A stretch of DNA of 64,000 nt, taken from NCBI GenBank assembly GCA_973895155.1, contig OZ316897.1, positions 13,639,375 to 13,703,374 of the forward strand, given 5' to 3'. A program made the translations under genes and the position numbers. This DNA is from Marsupella aquatica (Eukaryota; Plantae; Marchantiophyta). This document shows, piece by piece, positions 39,233 through 50,953 of this stretch (its first letter is position 1; each line of letters begins with the position of its first letter). The notes beneath the pieces are model-generated. The model saw nothing but the letters and a program-made list of their open reading frames with translations. It searched no databases and was not told the origin of the DNA.

Positions 39233-40835
39233 TATTAGAGTAGCCTGCAGCCTCTTGTATCTGTCCATCCAGATATCGAAGAAGTCCCTCCTCCCTGTGG
39301 AGAAATACCTCTACTACAGGTTAGGTAGTGCAAACAACACATTGCGTCCTGCAAACTTACTGCTGCATGCCCAGAGCTCAGATTGCATTGTCCTCCTTCT
39401 CGTGCATGTGATTTTAACCGGTTGGCAGCACTTCAGCCTCTCACCGTTAATGTGCTCAACTATTCGTTAGATTCATCAAACCAATTCATTCATTTCTCAT
39501 TTCACGGCGTGCTTACAACCTTCCATCGTCATGTCAAGCCCCATCAAACGTCGTCACCCTTCTTCGTCCCGGACCTGCAGCAGCGGCCTCCCATCAACAC
39601 CACGAATTCCTGCATTCATGGATTATCATTGCCTTTCTGGGCTTGCAAATTGGCATGCCTGGACGCCCAAGAGGCAGGAATGCTGCTGCAGTGGACGATC
39701 GTTGGCCCATTTGGAAAACGTTGTGGGATTGATAGTAGTACTTCGAAAGTTGGCTGCATCTGTAATAGTCACTCTGCTGCTCCTAGAGCCTCACATTGAA
39801 TTACACTACCACAGACATGCTTCTGTCAAGTATATCGAACATAGATTCTATGTTCAGTGTCTTTGAAAGAATCTATGTGTGAAAGATGACAGCGAAGAGA
39901 CCGGCAGCAGCAGCAGGAGCAGCAGGAGGAGCAGCAGGAAGAGAAAGAGGAAGAGGAAAAGGAAAAGGGAAGGGGGCAAAGGAGGTCCTTAACGAGAAGA
40001 GTAAACTGAAACATCCGACTCCCGATCTCCTGCGCCTCATAACTGCATACCTATATGTTCCGTTGTCCACAGCGGAGAATGTTGTTGATCCTGTTCCGCC
40101 CAAAAAACCGACGGAGCTGCTGCTTGGTGGCATGGGCGAGCAGGAGGGTGAGGGCAAGGGCAAGCACGAGGGCGAGGAAGAATTGGATCGAAGAACGCCG
40201 GAGCATGCGCGCTACAGGGCCACGCTCAACTATTACGGTCCTCTTCCTTGCCGACGTCAGCGACGAGACTCTTGGGAGGCAGGTGCCGCTCCTCGTCCAG
40301 GTCGTGGCTATGGGCGAGGGTAAGCACGCCGTGAATCAATTTAAATAATGTCAGTTGGGTTGGATTGGATCGCCTTCGCTTGGCTTGGCTTGGCTTGGAA
40401 TGAGTTCGGGGTATGATGGATGCATGGGTGCCAAGCAGCAGCAGCAGCTAAGGGAACAAGCCAGCTTTTGTGTGAATAAAAAAGCAGGAGGAGAATTTGG
40501 AGTGGCAATTCAATATGGATTAAGGAGTGGCCGGAATTTGAGCATCAATCGTGTGGAATCTCCTGCAACTATTGGAATTTGGTTCAGGCGAGCAGGCAGG
40601 AAAGGCAGTCAAGTAAAGGAAAAGATAGGCAGGGCAGGGAAGAGTAACAGCAGTTATGGGAAGACTGGCTGGCTGGCTGGCAAGAGGAGAGGAGGATCAT
40701 ATGAGCAGAAAGTCCAGAGAGTCTCATCAGACCACCAATTTTGCTGAGAATTTCTCGTTTGGAGGGGGTCCAGCGGGACTTTGCCTCTGCTGAGCTTACG
40801 AAGTGAAAAGTGTCCTGTGAATTTTGATTGACAGG

Positions 40836-43800
40836 ATGCCAGGACTGGCGAGAGACGTCTTGCGCTGGCTTGTAGCCCTCAATCTCTCCTTTCCCATAAA
40901 AAACATAAAACGGTATGCGGTGGTTCCCTCAACTGCTCTCCAAACCCTCAAACGCTGCTGCACACTTTTTGGACGTAATTCGAATATTGGTTAGTCCATC
41001 TTCGTCTCAAACCTCTCAAGTTTTTGTTCTGATTTTGGACCATGCCAAACTCGGAAACGCAAACCCAAAACCTACGATTGAGTTCTTTACCGGACTTCAG
41101 TTGGCTTTGTGCTGTTGTGCTAAAGTCAATTCCGTAGTACCTCTCGCTGTACATCGGGAACCTTAGGGTTCGACTTGGTGACCTACTGGAGCGTGGGGCA
41201 CAAAGTCTTGCACAAATCTCGCAACTATGCAAATGGGTGTTTTCACTGGACTAATCGATGCCATTCTGCTTAAAGATACGAGCGAGGTCTGGGGCTGGTT
41301 GGGTTCTCACATGGGAATCGGTCGACCAATTCTTTGCTATCAGTTGCCTCTGTACATTACCGATAGATACAATTTTCATAGAAATCCAGACTTTTGTAAT
41401 TCATCGTCGCGAACTTCTAACAAGTGTGCTGCTAGCTCCTTGTTAGGGATTTTCCGCGATATTTACATTTTTAGGTACGGGTCATAATCAATTTGGGAAA
41501 TAACATTCGTCACTTGAACTGCCATCGCTGAGCCAGGGTAAGTTCCTGTCCCAAGTTCATCATGTTCTGCGGCGGGATGGGTCTGTAGCCAATAAATACA
41601 CTTTTGGACTCTCGGCGTTCAATGCCTGGTTAGAAACTCATAATTATTCTATAGCTTTGGACTGGTGGAACTTGAACAAATCGTTTATCCTCCACACGTT
41701 ACTGGGTTACTTAGGGTTCTATTAGTCTGCTCTTCCTGAGACCAAAAACAATTAAAATGCCTCTTTAAAAGCTAATACAATTTGAAATCTTAATTGGACG
41801 CAGGGATTTTTCAAATGGTTTTATGGTGGCTGAAATATTTTCACGCTATTTCCCTGCGGACATACACATGCATTCATATGACTACGGGAGCCGAGTAGCT
41901 TCCAAGAGGGACAACTGGGAGCAGCTGAACAAATTTTTTCGGGTACGTTCAGTTGTCGTTGGCTTCTTGTTCGTATAATTCGATTACTTTGCCAAATTTC
42001 TTGATTGGTTTCCTTGTCTAATATGCCTTCGCTAGCAGTGATGTTTCTCCCAAGTGACATGCGTAGTACATTTGCATGCATCTGTTAGTCTTTGTCAGTA
42101 AACAAACGTTCAGGAAAGAGAGACCACGGGTGAAGCAGGTTCAGTTGGCAACTTAATTCTATATTCATTCCTGTGTGTCATATCATGCCTGTTATTTGTA
42201 TCTTAAGTACGACTCAAACTTCTGCTCCGGCCTAGCAGAGTCGGTAGTATGTATTTTTCTTAGCATTCATCGTCATTATTTCATTTTTCCCCCTACCATC
42301 CCCCTACCACCACCGCCACCCCCCCTCAAGCCAATAATCTGTTCCTGGCCTCAAGTATGGATCCGTGGCCTTTTAAGTTCATTCTCTTTTCGCAGAAAAA
42401 GGGCTTTGTTGTTCAAAGCCATGAAATTGAGAACATTATCTACTGCAAAACAGAAGAAGGAGCTGGGCCACTCTTGGGGCGCATGTACAACTTCTTGACC
42501 CAAAAGATGTGAGTCCTGTCTCTGTTTTGTTATATCTCCAATTATTCAATCCGTGTGCAGAAAACCAGCATCTTTTCTACTTCACTGTTCCCAAAATGGG
42601 GAGTTTCCTTGTGGTCCTGCTGGGGAGAGGACTCTTCTAAATGAATGGTTGCAGTGCCGCCCTTGTCGCTAAGAAGGACATGGTAGAAAACGTTAGAAGA
42701 CATTATGGTCTATGTTTGGCGCCATTGTAATGTTTACTTTTGTCTGGTTCTCTCTGCAATGCATAGTTGAAGGATTTCAATGGTGAACATCAGCAGCTGG
42801 CTAGGTGCTCTGCAATTTGTCCTTCCTTAGTTCTGTTTTAGAACGCTTCGTGTAAAGTATTCTGTCACTGGTTCAAGCATTAACAATCAAGCAAATCAAC
42901 TACATATCTCCGACTGTATGGAAGTGAGAGGCTCCCTGCTTAGGGTCCTGGTTGGTCGATTAACGACTTGGATGAACGATTACAAAGAATACAAGAATCC
43001 CAACGTGTTAAGAACGCGGAAAGATACTCTATTTAACCGAGTAGAGCAGTGAGTACTCCTTCGAGTATTTGCAGAAAGCGCCACACAATTTTAGGAATGG
43101 ATTCAGATTCCGTAACTCGTTTCAAGCCACTAAAAATTTTGTAATGATTGAATAAAGCAAGTTTTCCTGCCAGCTTGAATTCACATTTCTAAGTACGTAT
43201 TTTATGCGGATTGTCTGATGCTAGGTGTAAACCTGAAGATCGCCAGAGTGCGGAACTCTGTAAACAACAGAATGATTCCTTTGAGCAAGGCTGGAACCCA
43301 GAAGCTGCATTGGAGGTGCCTCCTAGCAATTGCAGAGAAGACCACGACCAGTATTCACGCAGTGAGAGTGGCACATCTTCCTGCAACCGTGGTGAATACG
43401 AAGAAGATACAGGTTACTCTAGACATAGAGATGCTATGTCGGTGGAGGACTTCTATCATGGGGCTATCAAACTTGACCCCATGTATGAAAGTGACTCCCT
43501 TTTCAAAATGGACGATGAAGAATATATATTCGACTTGACAGCCTCCCCCGAGAATGCTGGCAGGTTTGCTCTTCAAGCGGAAGAACAAAGACATAAGAGT
43601 GGGAGTCTAGGACTAGTTTCAAGATACAAGGGATCCAGTGCAATTGAAAGAGCTAGGCAAAGAGAGGTGAAAAAAGTGGTGGATTTGGCAAAAGCAGGCG
43701 CAAGAGGCGAAGAACTAAGGTTTGCGGAGTTAGCTCGCAAGGCCAGAGTCGAAGCTGGTCTTGCTTTTCGAAGCCCACATCGAGAGGTTAGCTAAACATT

Positions 43801-45135
43801 TAGTGCGTAATAGTTTCTTTGTGCCGCCACTGCTAATCCTGCTTGTTTCGAGATAAGAAGATGCCCCAGTTTCAATATATCCGTTCTACAAGAACAACGT
43901 ATTCTATTTAAGGAAGTAGTCTCTTTTTATACATGGGAACTCTCATAGTCATGTACTAGGGTTTACAATCATGATCTGAAACCAGAAAAACACAAGGAAA
44001 TATGTGGAAATATCCCCTCAATGATTTGCCTGAATTTAGCTGTCCTTTTCATGCAGAGGACATACAAGCAATACACTTTGCCCGACTACAGACAGCAGAA
44101 GCAATTTGGCTATGTGGAGCTAGGAAGATTAGGTCCCGGTGACCCAACACCAGAGCTGGTTGGCAAGGTTGTAGTCCGATTTGTTCCAGCCTAGATTAAG
44201 ATTCGCACATATTGCATGGTCATCACAGGAAAATGTTGGAGTTAGTCACTTATGAGTGTCATCTGTGTCCGTTTTTGAAGATATATTCAAAGTGTTCGGC
44301 AGATATCTGATTGGTCGTTTAGTTGTCTTTGCCTTGCATCGAAGGTTGTACAGTTTAGAAAGCAAAAAATAGACCAGCTGGTGTTTTTAGCAATAATTAG
44401 TATGCGTTATTGCGACCAAAATTGCTCAAGTTGTTTGTCCTTGACAGGTTTCTATCGTCTTCGTCTTGGGGAATCTGTTAAAACCGAAGACCGTTATCTT
44501 CTTTTCCAAACTAACTCGTAGGGTTGGTCCTCAGAGGGAGAAACTTGCACAACGAAAAGAGTTTGGTCGCCATGCTAGGAGCTGCAACATTATGTCACAT
44601 ACAAATCCAACTGTACGTCTCGTCAGGGACTGCTGAACTTAATTGCTTTCCATATTTCGGATCGAGGGATATGGTTGTAGATGCGGAGAGAAAGATGCGT
44701 TGGATAACTAACCTTCGCTACTGTGGATTTGTTGACCATTTCAGCTTGTGGATTATAGCAAGACAGTCAAGACAGATGCTGCCTCCTCTAGGAAAAAGGT
44801 ACTCATGTACCATTAAAGAATCTAGGACATGACGATCCCTACTGATTTCCACTTTGTGAAATCTCCTGCGTATTTCTAATATCTACTAAATGCGGCTAGA
44901 AAATTTATATCCCCATCGATTGACAAGTAGAATATCATGCGTGAAGCAGGCGCTTGCATTTGCATCCAAGATCCCAAAGCCAAAACTGAAGATTCCGACT
45001 AAGGACGCACAGAAAAATCTTCTACCGATTCAAAATCCGCACGCTATGTCAGACCTCCAGATTCTTGAAGCAAAGCATCAGTCTGATAAGCTGCACATCG
45101 AGGTGATCATATCAATGTGTCCTTTCAAACCATAG
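40836..45135 (+). CDS. Ciliary protein: N-terminal SPATA4/SPEF1-type calponin-homology (CH_2) domain + C-terminal JHY-like domain. Exons 40836-40912, 41804-41942, 42396-42508, 42842-43048, 43225-43786, 44057-44167, 44535-44612, 44745-44798, 44950-45135
   Basis: Spliced: [80 protein letters not shown]; C-term [50 protein letters not shown]; all introns GT-AG and phase-compatible; exon 4 least certain. Confidence 0.8.
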
Positions 45136-46069
45136 TCACATAGTCTACGATCTTTCTATACAGACTGGGCTGTACCTTGAAATCTTCACACATATAGTAG
45201 GACTCTGATATAGGTCTTGCTCAATTACCAAAGGAAAGGCTGTACCTTGAATCTTCACACATCTAACAGGCCTGTGGTGTCTTGCTCACAATCACCAAAG
45301 AGTCAGCCAATTCTTAAACCTGGTCGTAAATTATTCCATTTTTCTGATGGGTACATTCAAGTCCTATACCTGCCCTCTGCCTCTAGATTTGCATTGACTC
45401 GGCTTGACGCATTGGTTGTGGGTTCTTTCATCAGTCTATTCGGCGAGACTTGGAGCACTTTCTCAGATGACGAATATAAAATATATCTTGATGGGCCCGC
45501 CTCACGGAAGAACCAGCGTGACCCCAGGAGGATACATTTCCTGGTCTTTGGGAAGACATGTCATGGCTAGCTTTGTGTATAGTAACAGGTGAAGAGAAAA
45601 TGTAAATTATGATAACAGACGGAAGATGAATTTTGCATTGTTTTACAGCTGACTTGCAGTGGATCTGTAATGACATATTACCTCGTCTCACTATCTCGTC
45701 GTATTTTTGAGCTTGCAGTCTAGAAGCTACTCTTTGGGCCCTCTTAAAGTCTGCACAGAATGTTCTTGAACTGGTCGCACTAGTATCAGTGGACCAAATT
45801 CACGTGTATCAAAACCTCATGATTTGCGGTACTCAGTTTTCCATATGCAATGCTGGATGATGGTCGTGTTATGTTGGTACTACTTTCTCCAATGCAATTG
45901 AGTAAGTTGAGGTGAGAATGATGATGAACAGATGCATGAGAATCCTTCCCTCACAACTGTTAAATGTGTCACTTAATGTTGCGCAGAATGCAGAGATCTC
46001 TTACCAGTTGAAGCATTTGTGTTGCCGTTCCAGGAGAGACTCCTCAGAAATGTCTTCTAGTTTGCCTAA

Positions 46070-46496
46070 GGGCTGGGTTCCATGGGCCAGGGTAGGGAGT
46101 ACAATCCTCTGACACCCCTGGGCCAGAATACGCTGTGTTCCAAGGTGTTTTGGACTTGAGAGCCAATGAGAATGCCCCACTGCCACACAGGGATTTGGGG
46201 GCTTAGGTACCTCTGGACTTCAACAGGGAGTGTAAGGGAAAATTGTACTCCCTAGTACAGTATTTGTACACCCCAAGGTGTTTTGGACTTGAGAGCCAAT
46301 GAGAATGCCCTGCACTGGTACTAAACAGGGGCAGGGGGTTTAGGTACTCCTGGAGTTCAACAGGGAGTGTGAGGAAAATGATACCTCCCTACTACAATAC
46401 TTGTACACCCCTTGGTCCCTGATAACGTGGTAACCTTATTGGCTCAAACATTTGGTCACATATCTGTACTCACTCCCAGCCCATGGAACGTAGCCC
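46070..46496. mobile_element. Tourist-like MITE, 427 bp, with internal ~135 bp tandem duplication
   Basis: TIR GGGCTGGGTTCCATGGGC / GCCCATGGAACGTAGCCC; TAA TSD on both sides; duplicated CCAAGGTGTTTTGGACTTGAGAGCCAATGAGAATGCCC. Confidence 0.88.
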
Positions 46497-49400
46497 TAAA
46501 TCATGTACTGTATACCTTGCTGGAAGAAGTCAATCCAAGTCAATCCCGTACTTGTAGTGTGGACATGAGGATTTTCCCAAATGTTGCTGATGTTTCAAAC
46601 AAATTGAAATAAATGATCTTATCTGCTCTCATTTGGTCAAGAATCCTTGGATGCAAGTGTGCTGCCATTTGGACAAGACTCCTTGGGATACAACTAATTT
46701 CGTTCTCAAAAAGCCCTTGTGAACCTTTGAGGAACCCCAATGGACCGAAACTATATTTCAGGAAAAACTGACATAACACGTCTTACAATTCCATTCAGAT
46801 TGTGACCTGCAAATAAGTGCACACCGGCTACAGTAGAGAATCTGTCCATTCTAGTCGCTTTTCAGTCCGTTGTAGCTGGTCTTACTTTGTGGAGACTTTG
46901 TCACATACATGTGAAAGATTTTGCCCCTCAGCACCTGTCCTTTGCATTGTCGCAGAATTTTTTCAGTAAGTTTCCAATATCAATTGCACGTTGTCAATTG
47001 TTAGTGAATTGTGTTCACAGAAATTTCAGCGTTTCCTTGTCATGTGGTCTCAGGGTCAGCTACGAGTTGACATCAGTAGGAAATACAGCTGCGAATGCAA
47101 GGCATCAAACACATTCACCAAGCTGACAGGTGCACCTCGTTCTCAACACTTCATCAATCTGCCATTCATGTGTCTGCTTCATGAGAAATTTTGTATTATA
47201 GTGCTTGAAAAATTTGTGTGTGTGTGCTACGCCTGCTTCGGGAGGAATTTCGTATAAATTTCTGTCAAAGAATAGTGTTAATGCTGCGCCTGCTTGGGGG
47301 GGGGGGAAGACTTCAACAGAGATTAGACTCAAGAAATTTGGAATGTTGTTGTTGTCTATTCTCAAGCAATAATATGGAGAGAAAATGTTGTTCAGTGGAG
47401 TCTTTCTCGCTCTGCTCTGGGCATTGTGATATATACAAAGAAATTACGATCACCCACCTAGTACTCAGCCGTCAGTCCTAGCTTGAAGTGCCTTGCTAAA
47501 ATTAATGGAAGGAAATCTGTGAACATTGGGCCCCAATCCAGTCGCTCCATCCAACCAGCCAATATTGATCCTGAGTGGATTGACCTTGTTGTCGATTGAA
47601 AAGCAAAAAATAATGTTGTAGATTCTGCTGCCTGACGCAATGAGATTGAAAAGGCAAAACCAATGTTGACCTGCCTGATTCTGCTGCTGACGTAGTGATA
47701 TTGAAAAGACAAATCCAGTCTTGAGCTGCCCCATGCTGTGACATTGCTTTGTTAGATTGTTCACTACCTACTTTATTTCAATGCACATCACAAGAACTTA
47801 GGTGCACCCATATGGCTCCATGTCTTATTAATGCCTTAGTTTGTAAAAAGCGTCATGTTAGTTTATATCATTTTGATAGTTTTGGGTTCCAAAGTCTCTA
47901 TTTTTGCCTAATTTGCACTTCTTGAATTTACACTACCTGGCTTAGAAACATCTCTTAGTTCATACCATTGTGAGAAACTAAATTTTTGTGCTGGACGTGA
48001 GTCCCAAAACACCCATCTGGCCTCTACCATCTCCCTCTCGATAGTATTAATGGCACAAAATCGCAAAACATCACTAGACCTATTCATTCGGAGTTGTGCA
48101 GGCTGGTGGGGGACACACAACCTGACAATTATGACCCTCCTTATGACAAATTGAGCACTTCTGATGCTTTTTTGCTGCAAGTTGCTCATTTGCTATAGTT
48201 CTCTCAAACCTGCACATTCAAACATTACAAGTCAGGTTTAATAGATAATATATAGGTATGAGATGGGACAATCTTCCTTAAAGGATTCAAGAAGTTTATT
48301 CTAAGAACTGGTTGTACTTACCGGGATGCCTTCCTTTTCATGGACTTACTCATCTTCTTATCTGTTGGTACTATCAAAGGCTCACTGCAGTTATCGTGTA
48401 CCTTCAAACCACTCAAGGAAATAGGTGGCAAATTGACCATATAAGCAAGAACCTGTATCCAGGTAAACAAATGGTAATTAGTGGGTTGGAAAATAACAAA
48501 TTGGGTAATAGTGGATGTTCCAATGACAAATGTATGTGGTTTTAAAGCATAATAGGGGATTGAACATGACACATGGTTCTTAGCTTTCCATATGTCATCA
48601 ATGTAAGCCTTTTCATCCATTCCACGGTTTTGACAAAACTTCACTTGCATGAACACAAGGAAAACCCATCTCTTGCCACTCTTTGCACTCACAAACTTTC
48701 CACTCATGTCAATTGCCCATTCCCCTTGAGTGTCACACAACAAAGCAGATGTGAGAGAAGATGGGCGTTCCTCAACCCCCAGCATGAGCATATAAGACTT
48801 TAAGCATGATAGTAGCATGGGGTGTTAATGCATTTTCTCCAGTGGGCCAACCTATAAAAATAAGAGTAGTACAATGCACGGTCAGGCTTTGTCAAAAATT
48901 CAATTTACGAACACATATAAATCTGTGAAGTAAATTTCAACATGGTGAGTATTCCTTACTTGCGACTGCTGTTGCTCGATTGAAGTGCTTCACCATGGTG
49001 TAGTCCCGTAGTTCTTGCATGTCTTTAATGCAGGCCTCTTGCAAGTTTCCTTAATAACACCATTTAAAATCTCCACCACATTAGAGGTGGTATGTCCCCA
49101 CCTAATTCATGCAACAGATAGTTACACTCCTTATGAAGCACAAATGTTTGAATATGAAAGTACATGTGAGTAAGAAAAGATTTGGAAAACTTATAACATT
49201 ACCTCAGTTGGTACAGGAAAGGCATGATGAGAATATAATTTTGGATAAATGTCTCTGATGTACTCAAGGCCAGCTTGTTGTCGTGAGCTCAATGGCTTGT
49301 ATTCATCCAACGCGTGAAGAAAATCCACTGCTCTAACTTGGCAAGCCAACTCATCCATAACATAGTGTTAGTGAAAAGATCCAAAAAACTGAAAGAACAA

Positions 49401-50563
49401 CCATAAAATGTTAGTGAAAAGACCAAAAACTTATGCCAAACCCTCAATAATTAACCAGACAATGCTCAAAAGGAGTGTACAATCATTTTCACAAACCTCA
49501 TCGAAAAACCAATTCCCAATGGTCTGGTCTGAGTGAGTGATGACATCTGCTCGGATGTGTTTGGTGCAAAAATAATGAGTGGTATATGTTACCCCAAACA
49601 GTCTGCACTGCTGGAATAAAACCTTTGTCTCGATCACTAACAATGATGGTCTCCTTGCAAGTCCTCATTAGAGGATAAGAGTCACTCAAGTGACTCATGA
49701 ACCACTCTCAATTCTCTTTATTCTCAACTCCCACCACAGCCATGCTAACAAAAGTATCTGATCATTGCAGTCAAAGTAGTAGCAAGTAATACAACCATGA
49801 TAGGAAACTCTCCAACTAAACATTATTAAAAAAACTCTATGTTAGCACTTGAATGTTAAATTGCTACATCTTAACAAGGTGACTAACTCCCTAATCTAAA
49901 TGTCAAATATCTTTGTGAAATTGGACCATACTTATACCTGAGTGAGTAACATTCATCCCTACAAATGGCCTAACGTAGTTGAATGCATTTTGAGAGGATG
50001 CTGGAGCCATGTAAATTCGACAAAATCACTTAATATCAGATGGATAGGTCTGATAGAAGATATGGGCCCCAGGATTACTCTGGTTCACTTTCCCAACATA
50101 AGAAGGGATCATCTTGAATGATGTAGCTTGGTCACCCCCAATTTTTGTCACCACTCGAAGTCGTGCTTTCTAGGCTGTCCACTTTGTGGAGTCAGCAGAA
50201 TGAGTCTCCCTCAGAATTCCTTGCAAATCCTTATTGGAGGTATCCTGGTTCACTCTTATAGTAGGCTCAACTTTCTCCTCAACCCACCATGCCTCCCGAG
50301 ATGCCTGTTGAGCATAGACGACGATCGCAACGGCAAGCCCATGAACCATCCAACGCACAATAGTCGACACAAGAGATACGTGGTTCACCTCCTTGAGGCT
50401 ACGTCCACGGGAACACACAAGAGAGCTTTACTGAACTCTAAGCCCGTCGGCTATACCGAGTCTCCACAGTGTAAGCTCTCCCTATCTCTCAAGTGGCTCC
50501 ATAACAATGAGCCTTGGTTCTACCTCTCCAAGCACACATGCCTCTTATGATATAGTGTGCAAC

Positions 50564-50730
50564 TTAGTTGTACCTAACCACATAGTTGTACCTAATCACG
50601 TAGTTGTACCTAACCACATAGTTGTACCTAATCACGTAGTTGTACCTAACCACATAGTTGTACCTAATCACGTAGTTGTACCTAACCACGTAGTTGTACC
50701 AACCCACGTTGTTGTACCAACCACGTCATA
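50564..50730. repeat. 18-bp tandem repeat (~9 copies) in LTR U3; same array at ~56681-56847
   Basis: TAGTTGTACCTAACCACA alternating with TAGTTGTACCTAATCACG. Confidence 0.95.
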
Positions 50731-50953
50731 CCTAACCTAGACGTAAGAGTAAATACCCAACAATCTTCCCCTTGACTCTGGTCTAGGGGAGAGTAATACT
50801 GCCAATGTATATGATCCCTCAGCGGGAAGTTCTGGACAGAAACCAAACCGGTTTCCCTCTCTAACTAGAGCAAACCAGAACTAAGCCGTAGCCTAATACA
50901 TAGGAATGAGGAAGAGCATATATCAATAATTACAATGAATGTTTAAGAAAACT

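Noticed and set aside
45200-47800. Many short overlapping ORFs
   Set aside because: No coherent motif or exon chain could be built apart from the MITE.
50507-50740. ORF with (VVPNH)n repeats; CRISPR-like periodicity
   Set aside because: Translation of the 18-bp LTR tandem repeat; no unique spacers and no cas genes; eukaryotic context.
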